This document shows positions 32,452 to 43,296 of a DNA stretch of 64,000 bases, piece by piece. The stretch is from Opitutales bacterium (GTDB taxonomy: Bacteria > Verrucomicrobiota > Verrucomicrobiia > Opitutales > PNEW01). The stretch covers positions 1,632,001-1,696,000 of the forward strand of contig CBDANS010000007.1 in the NCBI GenBank assembly GCA_965197745.1, written 5' to 3'. Each line of letters opens with the position of its first letter. Within the stretch, counting starts at the first letter, position 1. The notes beneath the pieces were generated by a model. It made no database searches. It saw nothing but the letters and a program-made list of their open reading frames with translations, and was not told where the DNA came from. The position numbers and the translations under genes were made by a program.

Positions 32452-33423
32452 ATGATGAACCGAAGTGTCTTACCCTTTCTGATTGCGCTAATCTCAATGT
32501 GCGCGGTGTCGTCAACGTTCGGCACTGCTGAAGTTCTGTCTTGTGAAGACCACTCTATCAAAGCTCGTGCCGTACGCACACCGGAAGACATTCAGGCGTT
32601 CGTGCAATGTGCTTACGAGTTTGTCCAGGAAGTGGGATTTGATGAAGCCCGTCGGGCCTTTCACGAGGACGTTCGTTGGAAAAGCGGTCCAATCTATGTT
32701 TTTGTCGACGAAGTGACAGTGGTGAGCGATCAGCCTCGAAGCTTTGTCTTCCCGCCCGACCCTTCGAGAGAAGGGCAGCCTTTGGGCTTTTTCATCGACT
32801 CCTTCGGTAACAACATCGACCTGGAAGCCTATCGTATCGCGACCCACTTCGGTGAGGGTTGGCTCTACTACTCCTTCCGCAATCCGGACACCGGCTACGA
32901 TGAGCCGAAGGCTTCCTACGTCAAGAGCATAGACTGGAACGGGACTCCCGCTGTAATTGGCGCGGGGATCTACCGGCGCGACATCCCGGGCACGTGCAAC
33001 AGTGAAGAGGTCAACGCCATGTTGCTCGATAACGATCCATCCAACGAGAGACTCAAGGAGTTTGTTCGCTGCGCCGCGATGGAGCTTGAAATGAAAGGCT
33101 ATTTTGCGATCAACACTTTGACCACGGATCCGCGATGGAAACACGAATCAATCTACTTATTTGCCATTGATACTTATGGCTACACGCTGTTTAGCGGAGA
33201 TCCATACAGCCAGGGGTCGGGTGTATCTGAATTGAAAGGAACGGTCGAAGAGCATGATTTAGTGAGCGTTGCAGAGGCTTTCGGAGAAAGCTTCCTGTAT
33301 TACACGAAACGCAATCCGGCGAGTGCAATGGAGGAGCGCAAGGTGACTTTCGTTAAAAGGATCGTATCCTTTGGACTGCCGATTCTGATCGGGGCGGGCT
33401 ATTACCTGGATGAGGGTCCGTAA
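32452..33423 (+). CDS. Secreted tandem Cache-domain protein with no signalling output domain
   Basis: Signal peptide; two internal repeats (FVxCA..; IYxF; YxxxNP..ExKxxxV; IGAGxY). Confidence 0.8.
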   Translation: MMNRSVLPFLIALISMCAVSSTFGTAEVLSCEDHSIKARAVRTPEDIQAFVQCAYEFVQEVGFDEARRAFHEDVRWKSGPIYVFVDEVTVVSDQPRSFVFPPDPSREGQPLGFFIDSFGNNIDLEAYRIATHFGEGWLYYSFRNPDTGYDEPKASYVKSIDWNGTPAVIGAGIYRRDIPGTCNSEEVNAMLLDNDPSNERLKEFVRCAAMELEMKGYFAINTLTTDPRWKHESIYLFAIDTYGYTLFSGDPYSQGSGVSELKGTVEEHDLVSVAEAFGESFLYYTKRNPASAMEERKVTFVKRIVSFGLPILIGAGYYLDEGP

Positions 33424-33527
33424 GAGGCCGGGCAAGCTTGCGCGATAACACCGGGAACTCATAAACTCTCCCTGAGAACAATTGAGAGCCCTGTCATGAT
33501 GTTGACGGGGTGGCTCTTTGCGGGGTG

Positions 33528-33695
33528 GATTTTTTGAAGCATCACCAATGATTTGAATTGCCCGTGAAGGGGTCTGAGCGCCTCGAGAAAGGGTGTTTGC
33601 ATCTTAAGGCAGGGAATGGTTGTTTCTAACGAAGAGTGATCGTACATTTTAGAGCCAAATTAAGCAGGGTCTTTTAAAATTATTTTTGCTGCCAA
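33528..33695 (+). repeat. ~165-bp imperfect direct repeat, copy 2
   Basis: See copy 1. Confidence 0.85.
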
Positions 33696-34030
33696 ACTTT
33701 GCCCTTTGCAAAAATATTTTCCGGTGAGTAAATCGATATATGGACTAGGGAGTTGGTCTTCTGATCGCACCCCCCCCGCCCCCTGTAACCTGATTTGCTC
33801 CCAGATTGGTTTATTCCCAAATTAGCGGAAACCTGCGATGTCAGACGGCGAACGTTTTCTTGATAGGGATACTCTGAATTATGGGGCGCAGTGCGTGTCG
33901 CAATAGTATGTCAACCCCGGCTTAATCAGGGTTTTAAACTGGGGCTTACCCCTTAATTAGCGTCGTTCTAAGACCGTTAGGAATTTTATGTTTAAATTTA
34001 ATATGTTGAATATCAATTATTTACAAATCA

Positions 34031-34058
34031 ACTGGACATAATATCGATTGTGCGGTTC
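34031..34058 (-). other. dif-like XerCD site
   Basis: Minus strand GAACCGCACAA-TCGATA-TTATGTCCAGT; 11-6-11 layout resembling E. coli dif GGTGCGCATAA-TGTATA-TTATGTTAAAT. Confidence 0.6.
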
Positions 34059-34546
34059 ACCTTCTAAGACTTCCTTTTAGGGCCGTCCCTTTTTGTCCGC
34101 GCACACTGCCGCCAATAACGGTCTGCTCAGGCAACCCAGCAACGACAAATCACCTTTTTTTATGTGTCCACAGGTTGGCCTTCATTGTGGACAACCTAAA
34201 ACAACCCTTAATCGATGGGCATATCGGTAAGAGAGGATCGTGTCGATTTCCCTTCTCTTTTTTAAGTGTGTCTACAGATAAGATTGAAGTCCTGTTTTTA
34301 CCACTTGCGCGCGCAAACAACAAACAAAAGAAAAGTTATAAATTTATATATTGAAGGCATCATGATGGCGTCAACCTAACGCAAAAAAAACCGCCCCCTC
34401 TGTCCCGCTCTTAGATTCAGGAAGCTCGAGATCTCCCTGTCCATGTCTCGCAATAGAAATCTGTCATGAGAAACTGTAAAATACAGTTGCGAGGTAATGA
34501 TTTGTCCAGGAGCCATCCTTATACTCGATAAATTTGTCTCGTCATA

Positions 34547-34642
34547 CACGACAAGATTCTATTAAATGAAGACGAAAGTAAACTGCTTGCTTAATCTAGA
34601 AACGCACTGCTGCCTAAACTCGTTTCAGGGAAAGTAAGGTGA
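34547..34642 (+). pseudogene. Type I RM specificity subunit (HsdS) C-terminal remnant
   Basis: Translates HDKILLNEDESKLLA*SRNALLPKLVSGKVR, matching the HsdS 'RDxLLPKLxSG' tail. Confidence 0.65.
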
Positions 34643-34672
34643 AGGTAGTGGAGCGATGGGAGCTGTGAACCG

Positions 34673-35235
34673 ATGAATACACTTCAAGAGATATTGAATT
34701 CCGTTTTAGCAGATTCCGACCATGACGAGTACTCTGATGATCTGCAAGCAGCATCAACCGATATTATTCTTAGTTATGCCGACCCAATTGCCGACTCTAT
34801 ATTAGCCAGACTAAAGCAGAATTCACAATCTATGTTGAAACAAAAGTGGCGGGACCAACGACAATTTGAGAAGAGGTTGAAGAAGCGTTGGAGGAGGCCG
34901 CTAGATCTCCTTAACCTGTTTATATCAATAGCTATAGAAGCCGGTGACGATTTTAACCGTGAGTTCCGCAACGCCGCCGCTCGGTCAAGTGATACTGTAT
35001 TTGAGGCACTTACCAGGATGCACGCCAGAGCGTGCCAGGTATCATCTGCCATTCTCGTCCTACTGCGCTCCGGTTATGCAGACGACGCACACGCCCGGTG
35101 GCGAACTCTGCATGAGATTTCGGTGATAAGCTCTTTCATTAGTGAGCATGGTCAGGAACTAGCAGAAAGATATCTGCTACACGATACCATACAGCGATAT
35201 AAGATGGCATGTCAGCACCAAAAATATAAAGAGCG
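34673..35235 (+). pseudogene. DUF5677-like protein, 3'-truncated by IS
   Basis: LLRSGYADDAHARWRTLHE motif; frame runs into the IS inverted repeat at 35236. Confidence 0.65.
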
Positions 35236-36553
35236 TGGTCGTGACCACGAAAACTGGTCCACTTGAAAAGTTAGTCTGGTCCAACTAGAAAGGACACAGA
35301 CAATGAAAGGCAAAAGATACACGACCGAAGAGAAAATACGGATGCTGCGCCAGGCGGACAAAGGGAAAACGATCCTGGAAGCATGCCGCGAGAACAACAT
35401 AAGCGAACAGACCTTCCACCGCTGGAAACGTGAGTTTGGGATGATTGATGTCAACCAGGCCAAGCGGATGAAGGAGCTCTTTGAAGGAGAACGCGCGGTT
35501 AAAACGGATGCTGGCGGACAAGATGCTGGGGATAGAGATCCTGCAGGAGACCCTCGAAAAAAAACTGTAAGCCCTGGGCACAAGCGGCAAGTGGCAGAGA
35601 GACTTGTGACTCGGGGCCAGTGTTCGATGCGAGCGGGGTGCCGGTACTTTCGGCTGCACCGTTCCACCTATGCGTATAGGGCCAAGCATCCGGATGCCTG
35701 GCTAACGAAACTAAAAGCGGCAGTAAGGCGGTTATCACGGCAATACGCGAGGTGGGGCTATCCCAAGATCACGAAGCTGTTGAAGGACGAAGGCTGGCAG
35801 GTGGGTAAACGTCTCGTGCAACGTCTGCGACGTGAACTGGGTCTGGCGATCCCCCCACGCAAGCCAAGACGCCGGCGCAGGGATGTCTGCACCGGGCTAC
35901 CGACAAAGGCCGAACATCCCGACCATGTTTGGACCTGGGATTTTATCCACGATAAGACGGTTCGCGGCGGCAGTCTAAAAATGCTGACCGTGCTCGATGA
36001 GTACACCCGCGAGTGCCGGGTGATCCATGTTGATCGCCATATCAATGCGGAAACGGTGCGCGGTATCATGCAAAAACTGCTCGACCGGCATGGGCCGCCA
36101 AAATATATTCGTAGCGACAACGGTTCCGTTCCGAGGAGCGAAGCGACGACATGCAAAGCCATTCATTGAAAGCCAATTGAGAGCCTGGCTAACTGCGATG
36201 AAAATCAAAACCCTCTATATCGAACCAGCAAGCCCTTGGCAGAACGGATACATTGAATCGTTCCATGCCCGTTTTCGCGAGGAGTGTTTAAACCGTGAAC
36301 AGTTATGGACTTTGACCGAAGCCCGCGTGGTCATCGAAGATTGGCGCTGGCTTTACAATCATGTCCGACCCCACCGCAGCCTCGGCAACATCACTCCACG
36401 GCACTTCACTGAAAACCTCAATACCGAAGGCTCGGGCTCCATTCGGGCTACGCCCTCATTGCGCCCAAGCCTTGACTTCCTCTACCAACTTAACTTCAAC
36501 ATTAACCTCTCCAGACTAACTCTCCCGGTGGACCAGTTTGTGTAACCCGACCA
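35236..36553 (+). mobile_element. IS3-family element (type A), inactivated
   Basis: IRL TGGTCGTGACCACGAAAACTGGTCCAC / IRR TGGTCGGGTTACACAAACTGGTCCAC; orfA HTH, A-run frameshift site, WTWDF, SDNG, PWQNGYIES; 32-nt insert at 36129. Confidence 0.93.
36129..36160 (+). repeat. Hairpin mini-insert (SDNGS-E-F class, 32 nt)
   Basis: tcc g[ttccgaggagcgaagcgacgacatgcaaagcc]a ttc; near-identical at 41744-41775 and 54724-54755. Confidence 0.9.
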
Positions 36554-37917
36554 GCCTGCTGACCCCAATCGGTATAGCGACAGACAAAACATCGGCCCCT
36601 TTCTTCGCGGAACGGATTCGTGCTTGTTCTGTGAAGGCATTCCTTGCGTTCGAAAACCGGCGGGGATGGCTTTTCCCTGATATTCATCATGAAGAACAGC
36701 CGTCCATAATTGTGTTCACACTGTCCCAGCATCAATTTACTGACTTCGAATTCTGTGTCCGTATCTCGTCATGGGAACAGTTCAACGACTCCAATCGACG
36801 CTTCCGGGTATCCGCGAACCTCTTGAGTGAGGTTAATCGGAATACTGTAACCGTACCGTTGTTCCGTACCATGCGCGACGCTGAACTGACCACAGCGATT
36901 TACAGCCGCCTGCCGGTGTTGGTCGATCGATCATCGGGCGAGGAAGTTAAGGCATGGCCGGTGAAATACTCGACAATGTTCCATATGACCAACGACTCCG
37001 GCCTGTTCCGCACGCGCGAGGAGCTTGAGGAAAAGGAAGGTGCATATCACGTCGGTAGTAACCGCTTTGCCAGTCCGTCCGGAGACTGGGTGCCGCTCTA
37101 TGAAGGCAAGATGATACAGATTTACAATCACCGCTACGCGAGTGTTCGTGTCAATCCCAAAAACATCAGTGGGCAAGGGGTGTCCGAAAAAACGGGGGCT
37201 GCGACACTTCAAGACCCCACATTCGTACCTGATCCGAGGTATTGGGTCAACACGATGCATATTTCAGAAGACGATCGTGAAAGATGGCGAATCGGTTTCA
37301 ATGACGTCTGTAATACGAACAACGCGCGAAGTGTTATTGCGTGCGTTGTTCCACATGCTGGATTCGGTAATACGCTACCGATCCTTTCTCTTGAGGAGAA
37401 GGCACCTGATTTAGATCTTGTTCTGTTGGTTGCGAACCTCTGTGCACTTGTTTTCGATTATGTCGCCAGACAAAAAATCCAATCACGGCACCTGAACAAG
37501 TACATCCTGGAGCAACTCCCGGTCGTCCAGTCCACCCGCTACAAAGCTGTCCACTTTGGAAAGAAGACCACCGCCGAAATTGTCCAAGAGGCCGTTCTTG
37601 AATTGACCTACACCTCTGATGATATGGTCCAATTCGCTCACGATATGGGCTATGTCGATGAGGCGGGTGCAGTAAAACAGCCATTTTCCTGGAATAAAGA
37701 TCGCCGTCTTCACCTACGCGCCAAGCTAGACGCCGTGTTCTTCCATCTTTACGGTGTCACAGACCGCGATGACATCCGCTATATCTATTCAACCTTCCCG
37801 ATCGTTGAACGCAAAGAGAAGGCAACTTATCGTGGCGTGTACCGTTCCTGCGAACTTTGCCTTGCCTATATGAACGCTCTTGCCCATGGAAAACCGGACG
37901 CGGAGGTAAAGCTTTGA
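36554..37917 (+). pseudogene. Type IIG (Eco57I-like) restriction-modification enzyme, C-terminal part only
   Basis: FENRRGWLFPDIH, VPLFR..RDA, MFHMTNDS, PLYEGKMI, FDYVARQK, RAKLDA..FHLYG; 5' end replaced by IS. Confidence 0.8.
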
Positions 37918-38551
37918 CGTAGGACAGGAATATCCGGCTCTGCACTCTCTAATCGGAACTGATGTGTAGTTGGCGTGAGCTCCGAGGATAGGACCGTTGT
38001 CCGTGAGAGTCTTTCCGTAAATAAGAACGGAAAGACAAATGAAACAGAAGAGATGCACCACCGAGGAGATGCTCAACAATCGTGTATGGAGGAAGAGAAT
38101 AGAAATACCGAGTCGCATAACGACGACATCTTCCAATAGTAAGCTCGTGGCATAAGAAAGAAGCGGTAAAGCAAGTGGTAGCACAAGGGGGTTTCTCGCT
38201 GGATCGAGCGTGCTGGTATCTTCGAGCTGCATCGCTGAACTCATCTCTATGAGCACAGGCAGGAATCTTGTTATACTTAGCCCATGGTGAGCGGGTCATA
38301 AGACTTTCAAAGGCACATTTGCATTACGGTTATCGTCGTATTCATGCGCTGTTGAATAAAGAAAAGTGGAAGGCAAGGCGCAAAATCATGCAAAAAGGGT
38401 AAGAGCGTTGAAGGACTTGAGTGTTAAACCCTTTCGTCGCCTTCAGAGACGCCGAGGGCACTTTACTGGGCTTTCTACTAAAGCAGTAAGGCTGAACCAT
38501 GTATGGAGTTGAGATTTAGTTGCGAGCGCAATACATCCGCTCCGATTACGT

Positions 38552-38675
38552 TTACAAATCGGTATATGATATTACGGACAGTGTCAGATTCAAGAGCAGC
38601 TTGTACGTATGTTTCTTCCCTAGCAGAGTTTCGATTTGATCCAGCAGTGTCAATTAGATCAAGTCGCAGCACGTA
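38552..38675 (+). repeat. Dispersed repeat (acagtgtcagattcaagag...gcagtgtc..tagatc.agtcg family), short copy
   Basis: Matches both ends of 57697-57890. Confidence 0.75.
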
Positions 38676-38696
38676 TCAAACGGTTTGTAGCACAAA

Positions 38697-39083
38697 CAGT
38701 GAGAGAAGTACTCCTCAACAAGCGATAGCGAGAATAACAAATGTCCATGGTGCGTCTTTTTATCTTCCACTGCGTAACGTACCAAGGAGCGCAGTGACGA
38801 CATAGCAAAACACTCATGCTTAAATCAAGAATGGTTCCTAAGCGTTACCGAAGGGCGTGTTGTTATTGAAGCGTGGAAGCAAAACTAAAATGCCCAATAT
38901 CCTCATAGTCGTTTAGGCTTCCTCTCTGCCAATGCTTTTGCCAAACTCTGGCACCAACTCGATCCTACAAGTGCTGGCTCCACGAGCCCTACGGCCTATC
39001 TTCGCCAGCATCTCTTAAACCAATTATAGATAACCCATCGAATGGCTCTCACTCAACTTGGGTGTAATTATGAAGTCCAATCA
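38697..39083 (+). mobile_element. Decayed IS3 3' remnant with two mini-inserts
   Basis: LRN[insert 38780-38815]CLNQEWFLSVTEGRVVIE; degenerate insert ~38697-38738; end ...gtccaatca. Confidence 0.75.
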
Positions 39084-39084
39084 T

Positions 39085-39283
39085 TGGTACAAAGGATATG
39101 CGGAAAGCTTCAATAATCATTTAAGAACTGAGTGCCTTGAGCACAAGTTACTATACACCCTGACTGAATCCCACGTGGTAATCGAACAATGGCGTCATAC
39201 CTACAATCATGAACATTCCCACCGTCGTTTAGGCTTTAAAAGCCCACTAACGTTTGTCAGTTTCTTTTCCGATCCTGAAATTA
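39085..39283 (+). mobile_element. IS3 transposase C-terminal fragment
   Basis: GYAESFNNHLRTECL...IEQWRHTYNHEHSHRRLG. Confidence 0.8.
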
Positions 39284-39287
39284 GGTA

Positions 39288-40142
39288 ATGAAAGATGAAT
39301 CAAGAATACTTACTATTGATGTCGCAGACTCAATCTGTGATGCGTCGATTGCATTATCGAACCAGACAACAGATGTTAAAACAGATTCTTGGCATCATAT
39401 TAAAGGTTCGGTTATATATGAAAAAATAGTAATCAGTTATCTGCGTGTTCTGCGATTTATACCCAATAGTAAATACTATAGTCCAATTGGTAAATTCAAA
39501 GTCTGGGACTTTTCATCAACAGCATCGATTACAAGAAGTATTATTGAAGCATACTTCTGTTTGTTTTACATATGCATTGAAAATGTAAGTAATAAAGAAA
39601 AAGAGAAGAGAAAGCTTCTTTGGCTATACCATGAGAAAAATGAGAGACACAAAATGCTTAAGATAGCTTTGCCCAATTCGAAATATGTTGGTAAATTATA
39701 TGATAAAAAAGAACGTCTTAGAAAAAAATTAGTAACCCACACTTGGTTCCTGAAACTTAAACCAGGACGACAAGAAGAACTATTAAAAAAAGATGTAAGC
39801 AAATTGGATGGAAATATAGAGATATGCAAAAAAGCAGGAATCAATCAAAATTATTACCAACCAACCTTTAAGTTTCTATCAAATTTTGCACACACTTCAC
39901 CATTTTCAATTTATCATATAGACTCAAAGTACATTACTGAAAAGAAAGCGAAGTTATTATTCGGCCACATTGCTAACATTGCATCTGGCTTCTCTGTGAT
40001 TGCTCTAGAAGATTACGCTAAGCTCTTTCCAGAGCAATCCCTTGATAACTCAGAGATTAATGAATATATTAATATTTGGAGAGAAATAATGCAGTGGGAG
40101 AAGTCTGAATATTTTGATAAATCTGAGGTTGACTCTAATTGA
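39288..40142 (+). CDS. DUF5677-like (putative HEPN-related) protein
   Basis: Low GC; TRSIIE and FKFLSNFAH motifs. Confidence 0.6.
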   Translation: MKDESRILTIDVADSICDASIALSNQTTDVKTDSWHHIKGSVIYEKIVISYLRVLRFIPNSKYYSPIGKFKVWDFSSTASITRSIIEAYFCLFYICIENVSNKEKEKRKLLWLYHEKNERHKMLKIALPNSKYVGKLYDKKERLRKKLVTHTWFLKLKPGRQEELLKKDVSKLDGNIEICKKAGINQNYYQPTFKFLSNFAHTSPFSIYHIDSKYITEKKAKLLFGHIANIASGFSVIALEDYAKLFPEQSLDNSEINEYINIWREIMQWEKSEYFDKSEVDSN

Positions 40143-40159
40143 TGAGCATGCTTGTCAAT

Positions 40160-40352
40160 GCCTGGCCATAAAGGTATCGTGTTCGCTAAAAGCGAAGACG
40201 TGGTACAAGTCCTAGTCGAAGCTATTGAAGAGTATGGCAGAGCCCAATGCATCCGCTCCGATAATGGTTCGCAGTTCGTAGCACAAAAAGTCACAGAAGC
40301 ATTCCTCAAGAGCCAGATCGACATTATCTCCATCACCCTTGGTAGTCCTCGG
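40160..40352 (+). mobile_element. IS3 transposase central fragment
   Basis: SEDVVQVL..AIEEYG..CIRSDNGSQFVA...GSP; similar to 45080-45240 on the minus strand. Confidence 0.8.
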
Positions 40353-40368
40353 TGGTTATGCCACTTAA

Positions 40369-41217
40369 TTATGCTACTTTAATAAATGTGAGATTCGGAC
40401 CCATATCGTAGTCACACAGTTCGAGGCACCACCCTTCAGAGCTCTGATTATATGGTTCCCTTGCTTTCATTCTTCTCTGAATAAAGGAAATATTATCCTC
40501 AGGTATTTCGTCACAAAAGTAAACGGAGTTGATGCAATTTTCAATCTCGTAAATGTTGATGGTATGTGAATCTTCCATTGAACCTATTTGTATATTTAGT
40601 TTGTAGTAATCTCTATGTACACCAATAAAACAATATTTTGGAGTTATCGGTAGTAATACACCCTTCAGTTCGTTCTTGTTATGCTTTGACCCGAGCCAGA
40701 TTGATGGACAATCTGATGTAAGTAGTAATCCGTCTTCTGAAAATGGAATAATGGCAAAATCCCAATTTTCTTCTATATAGGCTCTAATTTCGCTGTCACT
40801 CGAATTCGATAGTTCACTGCTGATAAGAGATTCCTTGAAGATTTGAATACGTTTAAGGTAGAATTGAAATTCCTCTTCTATCGTATTGAACTTAAATTTG
40901 AAATTTCTTGCATAGAAATCTACAGCACAGAGGAAAAAATGAAACATAGACTTCTTTGATACTACATTACCCCTCAATAAAGATGTCATACATGATCTAT
41001 ATTTACTCTCTGTTACACCAAAATATTTTTCACATAGTTCAGCTCGCTTCTGAGAGTAGAAATAGTCTTTCTGGCATTGATTCCGCACTGGAACGTATTC
41101 AGCAGAATTTAAACCAACTCTCCAGATTCGGCACTTTTTTAGGTCTACACCTGGCGGTATTGCGAACTGCCTTAGGTATATAATTGGCAGGTAATGTTGT
41201 TTCTTGTATTTCGGCAA
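40369..41217 (-). CDS. DUF4238-domain protein
   Basis: N-terminal KKQHYLP..YLRQF, DYFY, LLTSDCP, LPITP. Confidence 0.75.
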   Translation of the reverse strand: MPKYKKQHYLPIIYLRQFAIPPGVDLKKCRIWRVGLNSAEYVPVRNQCQKDYFYSQKRAELCEKYFGVTESKYRSCMTSLLRGNVVSKKSMFHFFLCAVDFYARNFKFKFNTIEEEFQFYLKRIQIFKESLISSELSNSSDSEIRAYIEENWDFAIIPFSEDGLLLTSDCPSIWLGSKHNKNELKGVLLPITPKYCFIGVHRDYYKLNIQIGSMEDSHTINIYEIENCINSVYFCDEIPEDNISFIQRRMKAREPYNQSSEGWCLELCDYDMGPNLTFIKVA

Positions 41218-41279
41218 ATGTATTTGATGTTATACTCCTAATGCGGACTCGCATGTATTAGGTGTGAGATTGATCGGAC

Positions 41280-42707
41280 TGGTTGGACCCCGTATTTCGT
41301 ACCAATTTTTAAGTGAGAGAACTACCGGGTGTTAATGGTATTAGGATTGATGTATATGAGAGATCTTGGCGCAGTGAGGGCGTAGCCCGAACGCGGCCAG
41401 GATCTGAAAGGAATCAGACAAACTCTTGTGGGCTTTGAAAGCCTAATCGACTGTGAGGATGTTCATTGTTATAGGTCTGACGCCATTGTTCGATTAGAAC
41501 TTGCGCTTCAGCCACGCTGAGCAACACTTCAGGGTTCAAACATGAGCGCTTCGCTATGTCGTCACTACGTTCCTCGGTACATCGCGTAAGCGGTTGTGAA
41601 ACGACTCGATGAAACCGTTTGTTATTCTCGCTTTGGCTCGTTGAGGTGTCGCTTCGCTCGGTAGCCAGGGACTGCCTGGTTGGATATAGAGGGTTTTGAT
41701 TTTCATCGCTGTTAGCCAGGCTCTCAATTCCTTTTCAATGAATGGCTTCGCATGTCGTCGCTTCGCTCCTCGGAACACTGCCATTATCACTGTGGATATA
41801 GCTGGGAGCTCCCTCCTTTTCAATGGCCTCGCTAAGCACAGAGAGGACATCGGTTGAGGTGAGCTGTCGAGCTACCCGGATGCGTAAACATTTACGCGTA
41901 TATGTCTTCGCTTCGCTTGAGTGTCGTCGCTTTCAGCTCCTCGGTACATCGATCAAGGTCATCATCTTTAGCATACCGCCATTGTCTGTACGATCATGGA
42001 CAAAGTCCCAGGACCAGACGTGATTGCGACCGGTTGCTTTAGTAGGGAGCCCAGTAGAGATCCCCTGACGGTGTCTACGCTTTTTCGGGGGCTTTACCTG
42101 TAAGCCCGAAGAACGTCGCACTGCCTGTACAAATTTCCTGCTTGCCGCCCAACCTTCCTTCACCAGCAGGGCACGAATGCGCCGGTAACCGTAACGGGGA
42201 TGTTCCCAGGACAAGGTCAAAATCCGCTCGGCCAATTGCTGAGCCTTCTTACTGGCCTGCTTGGGTCGGTAGCTGTACGTTGACCAACTGAGGCTGAGAT
42301 AAGCACAAGCCCTCCGAAACGAGCACAGCCCCTTCTCAGCCGCATCTTTTACTGCTCGCTTCTTCTGCTTTGGGCTCACCATTTTTTTGAGAGCGTTTCC
42401 TCCAACACCCGAAGCTTGAGCATTTGATCAGCGAGCATCTTCTTCAGCTCCGTGTTCTCCTTTTCCAGTTCTTTAAATCGCTTCGCATCAGCCAGCTCCA
42501 AGTTGCCATACTTTTTGCGCCAGCGATAGAAGGTCTGTTCACTTAGGTTGTTGCCGTGGCAGACTTCCTGCACGGTTTTGCCCGTATCGGGCTGCCGGAG
42601 TATTGCTATGATCTGTTCTGTTGTATATCTTTTTCTTTTCATTGAGGTTATCTGTTTATCCCGATAACCTCTCTCTGTTAATGATACCATTTTTTGGGGT
42701 CACTCCA
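41280..42707 (-). mobile_element. IS3-family element (type B1) disrupted by four mini-inserts
   Basis: IRL TGGAGTGACCCCAAAAAATGGTATCA, IRR TGGTTGGACCCCGTATTTCGTACCA; orfA/orfB; inserts 41544-41579, 41621-41663, 41744-41775, 41904-41946. Confidence 0.93.
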
Positions 42708-42901
42708 CAACCATTTCCCACCTTATTGACGTAGCCCATATGCGGGGCAAAGGGGGCCACGTCATGAGACGTGTAGGTCAACTCAAGAACGGACACTAGG
42801 ACAATCTCCCGAGCTCACTTCGAGCCGAAGCGGACAGCCGCGCAGAGTTTCGGCGACAAAACGTGGAGTTGCTCGACGATGAACCAGTTGAGGTGTTGGC
42901 C
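42708..42901 (-). pseudogene. Second fragment of a type IIG RM gene
   Basis: Translates GQHLNWFIVEQLHVL...VRFGSK*AREIV..SVLELTYTSHDVAPFAPHMGYV, paralogous to 37480-37660. Confidence 0.8.
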
Positions 42902-43296
42902 TTCTTAAGTCTTCCCACAAGGGATCACTGTGGAGGGAGCACCAGCACCCCTTTTGTGCGGCGCGCCGCCGCGCCGGGCGAGGAGGGGACACGCGAGCCG
43001 CAGCCTCGCTTCGATTTGTCGCAGCGGACGCGGGCAACTCCTTTTGTCCTGCGTCTTATGTGGCGTTTCGGCGAAGTCCCACACCACAACGGCGGGGGCT
43101 CTGCCCTCTGAGGGAAAAGCGTTGTGGTTGTCGAAATCATGTCCACCCCTCCCCGTCTGAAAGGGGACACCCATCTGACGGCATATGCGTGACCCCCGAA
43201 GACGGAAATCGTCGATCATTCCTGCCCCGGACAAGGCAGCCATGGCGTTCAACAGCGGTCCGGTGACTTCCGTTTTCCTACCCGCTGGGGGCACGT

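Larger units (their letters stand above)
29050..34100 (+). mobile_element. Integrative satellite/prophage-like module (int-xis-rep + cargo); boundaries approximate
   Basis: Integrase, small HTH and replication-like gene in tandem right after the last core gene; short CTCCCC(C)A direct repeats at ~29054-29071 resemble arm sites. Confidence 0.6.

Noticed and set aside
42905..43290. Overlapping short ORFs in a GC-rich stretch
   Set aside because: No recognisable motifs; more likely a non-coding structured mobile-element leader that I cannot assign.
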